From the NCBI GenBank assembly GCA_976226885.1, contig OZ320322.1:25730001-25794000 (forward strand): a stretch of 64,000 bases of DNA. The letters are read 5' to 3'. This document shows, piece after piece, positions 24,694-37,073 of this stretch. This DNA comes from Iphione sp. A-MEVVRFRX5. Its lineage: Eukaryota. The notes beneath the pieces were generated by a model. It did not search any database and was not told the DNA's origin. It saw only the letters and a list, made by a program, of their open reading frames with translations. A program made the translations under genes and the position numbers. The first letter of the stretch is position 1, and the number at the start of each line of letters is the position of its first letter.

Positions 24694-27600
24694 ATGAGTT
24701 TAGAAGACTTGTCAACTAAAGAGCTCTTGGAGCACCTCCAAGAATTTGGGCCAGATGTTGTGGGAGTTTTGGAGGGTAAGTTCACAATTTGACTCTTGAT
24801 TTCTTTTATTGAAATATCTCTGTGAAGAATACTTAAAACATGATTTTATATATATATAGTCAGGATTTTATGGGTAGACAGTCAGTTCTGTAGACAGGCC
24901 TAATCTATCATTGTATTACTTTAGAAATATTGATAGTTTACAGTAAAGAAATTGTATCTTGATCATATAAAATTAATTTATTTTAACATTACACAACAAA
25001 GGATGTCCAGTTCTAATTTATTCTACTTGCTTTTATAAATATAAATATACAATTGATTACATAAATGACACAAAATATCTATTCTAATTTCTAACTTGCA
25101 AGCATTTAACAACATTACTTCCTTTATAGACAAACTGCAAAATCAGGCAGGCTGCTATGTAGTAGTTAAACAGTATTTAACAATTCAACAACTCTTATGC
25201 AGTTAAAACTTTGTTTTACAGAATCTGGAATTGATGGCAGGACATTTGGCACTCTAACAAGAGATGACTTGAATGAATTGCTACCAGGGCCAAAAAACTT
25301 CCTGGTGCGCCGGAAATTAATGAGCAAGATTGAGGTATGTGCAACTAGTTAAGAATCATTATGAGTAGGTTCCAGTAAAGTATACTACCAAAGCAGAGTG
25401 CCAAGGATGATTATGGTCACTGTTGAGTCAAAGGAAAAACACCTCAAAAAACCCTTTGACTACATTTGTAATAATATTTAAATTCCAACTGTTATTGTGC
25501 ACTTTAATTTTCTATGGGTGTGACACATTCTGATATATTTGAACTGATCACCATGTTGATCCACTATGGTTTTAACATTTACCTTGTCCCTAAAGAGATT
25601 TCCAGCTTTTCTGATACCTGTCAACATCTTATCCACCACTAATCCACCCCCAACATCCTAGCCAGTAGTGCTTTGATATTTGACCCTGAATTGAGTATGT
25701 ATGACTGTATTATTCAGTTAATGAAACAGCATATAAAAAATGGTTGAAGTTATAAACTGAAACAGGTCAAGAGGGAGAACACTTATGCAGTACTGTTTTT
25801 AAACTAAACTGTTTTTGAGGGTAATTAAAAGCTTTTGTTCATAACAGAGTGTGTTCATACAAGATAAATCCTAAACTCGGTGTTACCTGCTGAATAAGGC
25901 ATTCTGTAGATTTGTACAACCACAACACAATTGTGTTGGGTAACCAGAAACACATCTATTTATTGGATGGTGCAAGAACCTATCAACCAAACCCTTTAAC
26001 CTTTCCCCATAAGGTAATCTAGCCAACCTAGATATGTGTGGAGTCATGTTTCCCTTATTGTTAGGTTTCCTGTGAGAAAATAATGTATTACAAGGATATC
26101 CTTGAGAATTGAAATATTTAAATCCCTTTTTTCCAATCTTCAGAAAATGTCAGACATGAGGATGTTCCACCGGGAGAGATATATCCTTGAAGGAGGCAAA
26201 CCTACCCTTCAAGATTGTACCCAGTATCACATGTTTGCCCTGTTCCAAGAGAACCTAGGTCTACGGCACCCCAACATCTCACAAGAGCAAAGGCATGAAA
26301 TGCTGTGGCTCCTTTCTTATGCTGTAGATGCTCCAGGGACAATCATAAAACCATGGAGAGGAATCTTTTTTAACTTAGACTGTCCACTTGTTCAGCTCAC
26401 TATTGTTCAACTGATCTCAACCCACCTGCAAACACAGCTGGATCCAACAATTCCTACCCGCTTCCTGCCTGTCTGGGATAACATAATAATGATAGCCATG
26501 AGTGAACTTCGCCACACCTCTTGCTTATCTTTTGCAACAGACCATGTTAGGGAGGCATCAGTGAATGCATTAACAAAGTATATGAAACGAACATCATCTC
26601 CCCTGCCATGCACAGACCTGTTGCATGGAGGTCTCTACCCCTCTTATGTGTATGACAATGATGACTGAGATTAACTGAACCCCTTTTTGTGATGATCACT
26701 GAGCTACCTAAGCCTATTGAATAATGATAATACAATCAAAATCCTATTTATGGCCATATCGATTTGAGACCAAATTCTTCTTCAGATCATTTTAGATGGC
26801 AATGTAAGTATCGATTTCTATAATTAACAATTACCTATTTGCAAACAAACTAATAAGACAACTTCTGACTGGAAGCAAGTGATGGTCACAAAGAGGGTTT
26901 TGACTGTACCTCCTGTTTTATTAAAACATCCTTTGTATCTCAGGGGCATGTCAGACTGATGCATCTGGACTGCACAAGGTGCACAATACCTGCAGGAGGG
27001 AGATAAATGTTACAGGTTCTACCCTGACATTTCAATTTTTTGCAGATATTACTACAGACTCTTTACATTATCGTTTAGCTGTGATCTTCATTGTATTGAT
27101 ATTTATTACATTACTGGCATGGTGGTTCATATTTACTCCAGAGAATATTTTCAACAGATAATATCCTAGCTTTATTTATTCTAGGAGAGACATTTACTAA
27201 GTTGGTTCCTAGAATTAGCATATGACTACCTTAGAAATTGGATTTTCATAAATATTTACCCCTGAAGGAGGCAAAACTGCCAAAACATTATAGTTTGTAA
27301 TAAAGCCAACTTAAACTTTAACTCAGGTGTTTTGTTTGTGTGATCAATCCACATTCATAATTGCATTAAGTACATTATAGTAAATCTGTAAATAATTCAA
27401 TAATGAGACAGTAAAAGATTGGCTTTATGATGGGATCCTTGTATCACCATTTCTAGCAGCCACATTAGACACTGGCCCCACTTATTGCAGTTCTCCTCAA
27501 CTGAAAGCGGCTGCATCACATACTCCCCATGCTTCCACCTACTCAAAAACTGCCACAAATACATTACTCCTCACAAAACAAAAAGTCTGCAAGTCAGCAC

Positions 27601-30600
27601 CAAATTTACTAAGAACATGATCGGCTCCTCTACACAAACCCCACATATTTTTACATTAACTACCAGATAGTCATATCCATACACATGTCAATCCTATGTT
27701 CACCCCAGCTACCCACCTTGGGACACCTATGGCTGCCTGAATGCTGGCCGGCAGCTTTCTCCTCCTCCTGCCTGCTCACTGTGGTATGTCTGTTGCCAGA
27801 TTCTGGACCTCTCCATCATGGTCACCATGATGCTCAGCCTTTGTCTAGGTGACTGCACGTATTGTGCTGTGGTCAGACAGCAAAAAAATTTAGAAATTTC
27901 AGAGATCATAGTCGGTGACACTGCCCTTAATTCCCTACTAGTGGTGTATGCTGATCATTTCTGGTTCCTGCTTGTATGCCCCATGCTGTCTGCCCTAAGC
28001 CCTCTCTCAGGGATGGATTTGAAACTCTCCTTATGGAAGTCTCTTAGTGCATAGTTGCAAACACAAGAAATCTCTCTGGTATCATCACTAGATCAGCAGA
28101 AAGAAGAGCCCTTCTATTAGTTAATAGCAAGACCAGAAATATTTAAGAACTTCTCTTGGTTAAAGCCTGGACCAGATATATAGAGGTAAAATACACATAT
28201 AGATTCATAAGAAACACAGTCAAAATACATGAGACATTGAGACAGAGAAAGACATATGCACAAGGAACACTGATTCTCCTAGAAGCAATGACATTGCTAA
28301 TTTTGTCTTTGTGTTTAACTTTTTTCAGAGGGGATCACAGTCTAATTCCCCAATATCTTCTGATCCTGCTGCTGAACCAACATCAGATGCAACTTCTATG
28401 AAAAGTAGCAATCAGAATCTAGCTCCATCAGCAAATCCTAAGCCAATACCAAGTACTTCTAAAGCTACTGATGCTGAACCAACCTCAGATGCAATTTCCA
28501 TGAAAGGTAGCAATCAGCATCTAGCTCCATCAGCAAATCCTAAGCCAATACCAAGCACTTCTAAAGGTGCATGCAGGCATATAAAGCATACTGGAGATCC
28601 AGGTCTACAGATTGAATCAATAGCTTTTCCAATCTATGTGGATGAACATTTAAAAGAAGAGCATATATCAAAAGCACACAAGGACCATCTAGTTCGCATG
28701 ACCATTGGGAATATGAGAGCAGCAACACACGTTTTACAACCTCCAAGAGAGCCTTCAGGCTATGAGGTGGCTGAAATGGCTAAGACATTAGTATATAAAT
28801 ATCCAGGGTTGAAAGATGATGCATCCCTAAATCCTCAGAAGCCATGGCAGGGGCTTTGCCAGTTATTGAAACGGAGATTAGCTAATGTTAAACCAGTGAA
28901 AACACCACAGGGCAGTGTTCCTGCCAGATCTTGGAAGAAAAGGAAACTTCAAGTACAGGAAATGGAAAGAACTGATGAGAATCAAGTGGATATTCTTCCT
29001 CTGAGAACACCTGAGCCAGACCCTCAACCCTCAACAAGTACATGTACTTCAATATCTCCTGGTGAACATCAGAAGAAAACTTCTAGTGCAATTGCTTCAG
29101 TATCTGATAGTAAAGCTCATAAGATGAAACCTTGCACAAGTTCCTTCATACCTCTTTGTGAAGGTCCAAGTGTCCCAGCATCTCCTGTTGAAACCCAAGA
29201 AATGGATTCTGATAATGAGTCCTCACATTCACAGGAGGAAGATTATAATGCTAAACATATGGCAAGACATTATGAAAAACTCCAGGAACATCTCAAGAAA
29301 GCTAAACCTAACCCAACTGTGACAACACATTTGATGGACCTGGAGTTCCAGTCTCGGAGAGCTTTCATAAGAAACAAGCAAGGTACTATCCAGAACCAGG
29401 TCACACAAGTATGTGATGCTTATCCATGCTTTACATATCCTGGACCAACAAATGAGGTATGTAATTTCATGAAATCATATATCTGACTACAACTGGTGTG
29501 ATTTAAAATTATTAGGTGGTTTCAATAAGGATAATGTTCTGATTAAAATTTTGAAACACTTGTATTCTTAATTGTTTCATGATCATTTCTTCATTGCAGA
29601 ATTTCATTAATTTATTAAAATATATAGCATTTTTGTCTATATTGATGAGGAGGATGAGATCAAGTACATATGGCTAAATAGTTTTTTAAATGATTCAAAG
29701 GATTTCCATTTGCTTATATTATATTCATCTCTATAAAATATTTCCTAAATCAGTTCTCATATTTTCAGCTTTTAGAAGAGATGCGACGTATGATTGACAG
29801 AGAAAACACACAATACCTCAAAGAGTGTACAGAATGGACAGAGAGTGCATGGGACCAATTCCTTTTCTTTGGTCTTTCCAAACGCAGAGTTCAGCCCCCT
29901 GATGACAACTCAAAATGTAAGCTTGTGATATTTCATATCAAAGAACATATATGCATGTGTAACTGGACTATACTTCAAGTAATCTAGTATCATCACACTA
30001 CCCATATTGATCATATCACATTCATTTATATGATATTATTGTTGGTTGTGAAAATATGTTTTGGATAAAAGTTTTTGCTGATAGATATTTTCCTATATTT
30101 TTACACTGGAATCACAATAGTGCTGTAGAAGAGAGGCTATAGTTCTCAAGCATTGTCTAAGCCAGGAAATATGCACACCTGTCTTGACCATATTTACTTA
30201 ATCAGTAAAATCATTCACAAGTGTGGAAATCAGAGGAACAACATAAACTATAACAGTATCTATCTTTATTTACATTTTTATATTTCAGTCACTAAGATAA
30301 CAACAGTTCTGCTGGCATTGACTGATATATTTCCCAGCAAAAAGAAGCCAAAGCATCAAATGGTATCTCTGCTTGATGTAAGTAATTTACTTTTGTTAAT
30401 TTAAACATACAATATGATCAGTTGCAAGCATAAGTGGGGGGTCTTGGACAAAACTGACCACAATATGGCATTGTCCAACTTGTAACCCACTGTTATTACA
30501 CAGGCAAAGATAGTTACAAGTCATATTATGCAGCTGATAATTTTCACATTTTGGACACAAGATATCTCTGCTAACTATTAATCCATTGTAAACTACCTGT

Positions 30601-31542
30601 GGCTACCTGGTGGTGCGGGATATATATTCTCTCCAAACCTGACTACACAGGACAGTACCACTGAGCATTGGATTGAAGAGTGAGGAAAGAAAGGTTAATG
30701 TTAGATCACTCCTTTTTCTCCCGTCACATGACACATGCACACACACCTCTCAGATCCTCCACTTTCTCATCAATAATGGCATTAAAAACAAAGAGGGATA
30801 TTGTATTTTCCTTGGCTAAATTTTTTACTACAAGTTAAAAGGATATATTTATCCTGTAAAAATTCTAATGCAATATTTTCTGAGAACAAGACTTTATAAC
30901 ATGAAAGGTCTGCATGATAATCCCGTGAGATGAAAACACTTGATGTTAAAGCAGGAAATAATTAGGTTTATTGTCTGAAAATGAGATATTTTCTTGTTAT
31001 TAACAGAATTATTTTAACTCATGGAGTGGCAAATCACAAAAACACAAAAGATTCTATTTTAGGAATTACATCTAGCAGTAAGAAAATACTTTGGCCTGAG
31101 AAAAAAATGTTGGACTATGTCTGCATAACTATTACTCAATTCAGTGCAATATTTGTTGTTGTACTTTGCTATGGTCTATATAAATATATTTCATATAAAA
31201 TAAGACCTCCATGTTCTTTTTACTTTTCAGGAAAACAAAAATATCAACAAGACCATACAGAAAATCAACAATCCTCAAATACTTCTTGGGAAAAACAGCA
31301 TACTCATCATTGCAGGACAAAGGTTGCTAGTCAAACTTGAAAGAAGTGCAGTGGGACATGCCCTTCTATATCTCATGGCAGTGTTCTATACATTTGAACT
31401 GTCATATCCCATTGGCCAAGAAGTTACATTGTTGTTTCTACAGAAGTTTTTATGTAAGGACAACATTCATCCTGAAGATGAAACCGTAAAGCTGAAGGAA
31501 ATTTGTTCAGAGTTTGAAAGGTTTTGTTGTGGTAAGAAGTAA
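24694..31542 (+). CDS. Transposon accessory protein with N-terminal SAM domain and SAMD3-like C-terminus (about 623 aa, 6 coding exons, intact)
   Basis: Exons 24694-24775, 25222-25334, 28329-29456, 29769-29916, 30289-30377 and 31231-31542; all GT-AG and phase-consistent (1,0,0,1,0). SAM-like MSLEDLSTKELLEHL...ESGIDGRTFGTLTRDDLNELLPG...RRKLMSKI. C-terminal ALLYLMAVFYTFELSYP...TLLFLQKFL. Confidence 0.82.
26144..26668 (+). CDS. Unknown 174-codon ORF inside SAM-gene intron 2; probable alternative terminal exon
   Basis: Polypyrimidine acceptor tcccttttttccaatcttcag|AAA ATG, phase 0, in frame with the SAM exon ending at 25334. Stop-free to TGA at 26666. No recognisable domain. Confidence 0.55.
   Translation, partial: KMSDMRMFHRERYILEGGKPTLQDCTQYHMFALFQENLGLRHPNISQEQRHEMLWLLSYAVDAPGTIIKPWRGIFFNLDCPLVQLTIVQLISTHLQTQLDPTIPTRFLPVWDNIIMIAMSELRHTSCLSFATDHVREASVNALTKYMKRTSSPLPCTDLLHGGLYPSYVYDNDD
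28371..28564 (+). repeat. 102-bp in-frame tandem duplication in the SAM-gene large exon
   Basis: AEPTSDATSMKSSNQNLAPSANPKPIPSTSKATD / AEPTSDAISMKGSNQHLAPSANPKPIPSTSKG; copies start at 28371 and 28473. Confidence 0.95.
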
Positions 31543-34500
31543 GTCCACAATCGACCAATCACCAACTAACATCATTACAATGCAAAATGGACTAGAACAA
31601 TCTTGCAACTGGTAAGAAGGCTACAACAGCCACAGGTCCTAGCACAACAGCTGTCACATGCTGCTTGTAAAAACTCAAGATAAGAAGTGTCTTTCCAAGT
31701 ACAAATAAAAACTTCTATTGCTCTGATGCTCTGAAAACTTTGACCAAATGAAAGCTAAGGATATGGGGAAGAAGAAAAACCATAGTTTATCTTCCTAGCT
31801 TAATTCACAGAGAATTATAGCCTTGTAAATTTTCCCTGTTGACTCATGAGAAAAATGCCATCATTATTATCAGAGTGTAAACAATGTCATTTAATCCCAA
31901 AATGATGTGAAACAGCAATCAGTCAGTTACCAGGTCAGTCTTTTGTCTTTTGACTGATTTTTGCTATGGAGAAAGTTCTCATTGCAACTCTTCATGAGTT
32001 AGGAGTCACTGAACTAAATCATGTTAGTAATATTATATCCTTGATTGGCTCTATACTTTAAAGTTTTACCTCAAACATACAGGCAACCTGTGGGATATCA
32101 CTTTGCTAGAGTGAAACAATTAGTTGTAGTACAATTATGGCTTGGTAACCATTATAATAAGTTTTATGTGGTAATGATGTATGCCAAGGAGCAGTGAGGT
32201 TTTTGGCTGATTTTTACCCTAGAAAAATTCATGCAACAACTCTTTATAAGCCTGTGGTCATTAAACTGAAATTGTGTGTGTTGTCTTATCATATTCAAGA
32301 ACATCTCAGCTCTTAAATATTGTACATTAAATACGGAGGCAAGCTTTGGGTGTTACTTACAGTATATACACTCAAGGATCTGTAGTCACTGAGCTAAAAT
32401 GAGGTGTGTTGTATGATCATATTCCAGAATATCTTCCTGCTTTTGAATCTTATATATCAAATACGGAGCCAAAGTCCAGGCTGTCACTTAGATGGAAAGA
32501 TTTAGTCCTGCTTTATTTGACTTGCTTACTATTATGGTACAGTTTAATATGTTGTATAACAGAGTCTTAATTCTCTTGCATTGACCATATATCATTAACA
32601 AGGTAGAACTTGAACCAGTCAGAAAGTTTTGTTATTTAGAACAAACATTGTGTCACCTGAGGGTTCTCAAATTGAGATAATTAACATGAAGTATTTTTCT
32701 CATTTATGGGAACAGATTTCTAGGCTATAAAGAGAGATTAGAAATATTATCTTGCATCATCTAAGTTTATATTTCAACTATGAGAAAAAATTCCTAGAAA
32801 AACTTTTCTTAAAACCAGAATTGTCTTATTTGAGGAAAAATCTTCTTACCCCATGGACAAATAAGAAAATGTATGTAGAACAATTTTCTATTTCAAGAAA
32901 ATTATTCTATACCTAATAAGAAATGTCATAAGAAAATGCCTATGATTATCTTCTTATCATAAGAATAAAAAACTTATGTAAAATCTTAAATACACTGGTG
33001 TATTTTCTTATTTTAAGATTCCCTTTTCAGAAAATTGTTCTTTTTTTAAGAATAGGCTAAGATATATTTTTCTTAAATTTACAAGAAAAATGTTCTTGTG
33101 TCACTTAAAACTTTTTTTCTTACATTTTTTCTTATTTTAATATTTTTTTTCTGATAACAAGAAAATGATTTTTGGCTGTGTACGCATGCGTGCTTGGGAG
33201 AGTGTCCAAACGGCATTTAAGATACTTTCTTATAAGGGTGAATTTACATGGGCTCCTCTACTCCTGTGTGTGCTGCTGACAGTTTCCATGGATGTTGGTC
33301 ATGAAGTGGCAAACAGGATGTCTGCTAAAGAGATTCCATGAGGTTAAGTCTGTATTGGAAATTATAAGTAGCCCTGCGTCGGGCTACTTTGTCTGGTTAA
33401 CATTCTCCTCTGAAATGTATATGTTAATTAGGCCATAAAATACTGGTCAAAGACTGTTTTTAAATTTTGTAACCAAGGAATGTAGGCTTCGGTCATTTAC
33501 AACTAGTTAGATATATTGTTGAAGTTCTGTAATATTTGTAATTTATGGCTAGATGTACGTTACTGTTTCTTGTGAGCACACTTGCAAAATGGCTAACAGC
33601 TGGTAGAAGTTATTTTTCTGAAAATGCCATAAAGAAAATGTGAGATGTAGAAACCTGTACTTTACTGTTTGTCACAAATACACATGGCAAGTGACTAACA
33701 GCTGGTAGAGGGTTTTCGAAAATTCAATAATGAGACTAGGAAACAATGGCAAGATGTAAAAACGTGTACATTACGGTTTCTCTCAAACACACTTGGATAA
33801 AAAGTAACAGCTGGTAGAAGTTGTTTCGTGCAATTACCATAATGAGAATGGGAAACAATGGCAGCTTTTCTCTCAAAATATGCCACACCATCATCCTGAA
33901 ATTCCTATACAGAAAACATTCCCTAGAAATCTGTGCAATAAAAAACAGGTGTTCTAAGCATCTAACACTCTGTTTTCTCATGGCCAAAGGAACTTTAATT
34001 CAAGAAATAAATGGTCATTCGCATGGACAGAATCATATTTGTAATACGAGGCAAAAGTAAAACATATACAAAAATAAATTAGAATCACCCCGAATTCACT
34101 GTTGATGACCTTGTTTTCGGGGCTCTGTATGAGGCATCTTTGTTGAGAAGGGTCCAGGAAGAGAGCTTTGAGGATACCTTTCTGCTTGGAAGCTTTCCAA
34201 TCAGGTATACATTCTATATTCTTGTTGTGTTCACTTTGTCTCTCGTGCACCCAAGTGAACACGATGTGGTACTGGTATTGACACCTGAAACGTACATGCA
34301 AATATAATGAACACAGCTATTTTTTTCTTAACATTAGTTTTAACCTTCATGTGATTACGTTGATTTGAAGTTCTTCAAATGGTGATCATAGATATACAAA
34401 TGGCAGGCTCAATTTTGAGAATAGATACTGGTCAAAGCAGATAATATAAAAGCACCGAAGGACTAGTTTACATAATGGATAGTGTAATATTTGTAGAAAA

Positions 34501-34670
34501 TGGTAGATTTAGTGAAGGGGAAAAGTATCCAGTGTTGCTTGCATCTTCGCTGATACGTCTGGTCCTTTAAACAATGTGTCCTGTAGATTTGGATGATTTG
34601 TATCGTCCCCTTACTTGTGTCCTCTTTGTCTTTGGTCTCATCCTTTCCTGTTTAGCAACCCAAGGTGATT

Positions 34671-37073
34671 ATGTCATTGCGTTGCATCCTGCTGCTGTGT
34701 CTGGTCGCAGCATTTGTGGCCTGTGATGCTTGTGTCCTCTCTCTGTCTCCTTCTCTCTCTCATGCAAATATAATGGAAATTTAGCCAAATCAGTATGCCT
34801 TCTTCCGTAAATCTCTTGGAAATTAAGCGACGTCTCCCTCATATCCATACTTTATTAGAGCGTATTAGGAGCTGACTTATTGGTGTGCATCTATTATAGA
34901 TGTCTAGTGGACACTAGTGGACACATAAATGCTTCATTCCTTGATCAGTCGGGGTTGAAAAGGTTTGCTAACAGAGCTTGGCTCAGGCCAGCATGGACAG
35001 CGTAGTGATCACCTCTTTTACACTCTGCAGTGAGCAATTCTTTGTAAGAATATGTCTCCACATTACTGACCGAAGTTGGCTACGGACTGATTGAACCGAA
35101 TATATCGACCAGTTGAGCAGACACATTGGCTGGATTATTCAACGCTAACTTTGAGTTTTTCTGCTAGCTAACTTTAATATAGACAATAGACCACTGAGCC
35201 AAACTTGGCCTTAATACTGAGGTACCTTCCCATATGAGTTGCCTGCAACCTACCTGCTTCAAACATGGTTCTGTTTTATTTTGTATTAATAATTAATTAT
35301 TATTAGATAGAAACAATACCAAAGTTATGCCAGAGCTGGGTCAAAAGGATGTTGGTATCAATTCAAAATTACTATATCAAATAACATAAATTGAATTGTG
35401 GATCAACAAAACTATTTGGGGATACTTTTTGATATTAAGGTAAAGTTAGACTTTAAACATTCTAATTTATTTAGAAAATTAATATAGACAATTTGTCTTC
35501 AATTAGATTGCCTCGTGTAATCTTACTAAACTATATAAAACTCATATATAAACTCATGTTGATTATTCAGCTGTGTTTTTAACTTACAATAAAAAGATTA
35601 AGCTTTACTATATTCAAAGGTTACAAAAAGGTGCTTGGTCCTTGACAGTTGCTGACAATAGTTCAACAATTAAGGAGAGATTATATGTTATGTATGGTGT
35701 CATAAGCACTTATCAAAAAGGAGCTTATTTTTCACATGGGACGCAATCTACTATCATTATGTATTTTTCACACTAACCCTGATAACATTACCAAACAGTT
35801 TTTAGATTAGCATTCATCATTCGAAGACCTTAATCAGAAAGGTTAAAAGATTTATCTCCATCTGTATCTGTAAGACTATTATATCTGTTAGTACTGCATT
35901 TGGCATGTAAGCAGAGTATAATATTTTTGCACAAATGATATTTGACCATTTGTATATTTTACAATCATTACTATATGTTTGAATATTGTTATACACTATC
36001 TACTTCTGAAAAAGATCTTTCTCTTGATGATCAATTAGGAAAAGATTTTCTTATCTTATGTGAGGGTGAAAACCTCTCTAAATACCATAATCAATTTGAC
36101 ATTCCTCAAACTTCTGTTATGGGGTCTTTGTAAGCCAAGAGAAACAGAAACGGCTTGAAATATGTTTTAATTTAACAAAATACTAACGACAAGGATAATG
36201 ATCCTGCAGTAGGCAGCATAATTGACACATCACATGCGTGACAGGATGACCTGTTGTACAGTCATGATATCTGTCAATCAAAGTGTTTCATAGCCAATGA
36301 CACTATACTATTTTGTCACATGACTTGTGTAACCAATCTCTGCAGATGACATTCAAGAGACACTGTCGCTCACTTGTGATTGTAGTATAATTATAACTGT
36401 CATATGTCATTATGTGGTTATGTTAATGTAAAGACATTATATCCAATGAGAACATGTTGAGACATCTATATTTATTTTCAAAGTATATGAGAAAGTGAAG
36501 TACACTGATACTATGACTAGAAACCTTTTTTAATATTGCTCGTGATGATAACAAAAGTATGACTCACTTTATGTTGGCTGGGCATGGTTACATGACAGGA
36601 TGGTGATGTGTCAATTGTCCAGTTGACTTTGTTCATCTTTAAGAAAGCCTCCCATTTTTTGTTCTAGCCCAAGCAACAGCAGTGCAACATTATGGTATTT
36701 AACGCCAGTATATCAAAAACATATCAATATAATATGCTATATCAACAGCAGTCTGCCATGGTGTTGTTTTCACCGCTGCTAGATATAAAAGTGTCCGAAA
36801 TTAGCTGCGCAACCATATGCCCGTGCCCATTTCATGACCCTATGAATGGGACTGTCCTGTAGTTACCGATTCCTGCCTGCGGGGAAGGCAGGAGCTGGCC
36901 CTTTACATTCTGGCGATACTACACCAACCAAGAACCAGATTAAAAAATCCGGTGTTACTATAGACTGCAACATCAGGACAGAAACTATTGGCATGTCAAC
37001 CAAGCCACTAGTCATTGTAAGGCAATACAGCCACGGAATTCATAACCGTTTTTGTGAAAGGCAAACTGGATGA
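34671..37073 (+). pseudogene. Decayed third paralog of the CK1/CK2 family
   Basis: Signal-peptide-like MSLRCILLLCLVAAFVACDA at 34671-34730, with TATAAAA at 34445. Phase-0 acceptor cccattttttgttctag| at 36667 is followed by PKQQQCNIMVFN-(1-nt frameshift)-RQYIKNISI*YAISTAVCHGVVF, aligning with CK2 NFCKLVPYDRMVTKKIEIEGHTKVCKALVVY. Then TGCTAG--ATA..TGTCCGAAA (cf. CK2 TGCCAGGGATACTGTCCAAAC), and near the end FCE.Q-W (cf. FCACEDW). The C-terminal half aligns only loosely. Confidence 0.55.

Larger units (their letters stand above)
18469..33180. mobile_element. Full-length autonomous CACTA/EnSpm (CMC superfamily) DNA transposon, 14,712 bp
   Basis: TA|CACAGCCAAAAATCCCTTTCTTG ... CAAGAAAATGATTTTTGGCTGTG|TA: 23-bp TIR (21/23, first 14 perfect), 2-bp TA duplication, and AT-rich subterminal repeats (TTCTTA/TAAGAA). 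Contains divergent transposase and SAM-domain genes. Confidence 0.93.

Noticed and set aside
33592-33870. Three degenerate 100-110-bp units sharing TAACAGCTGGTAGA
   Set aside because: An ordinary decayed minisatellite with no further structure.
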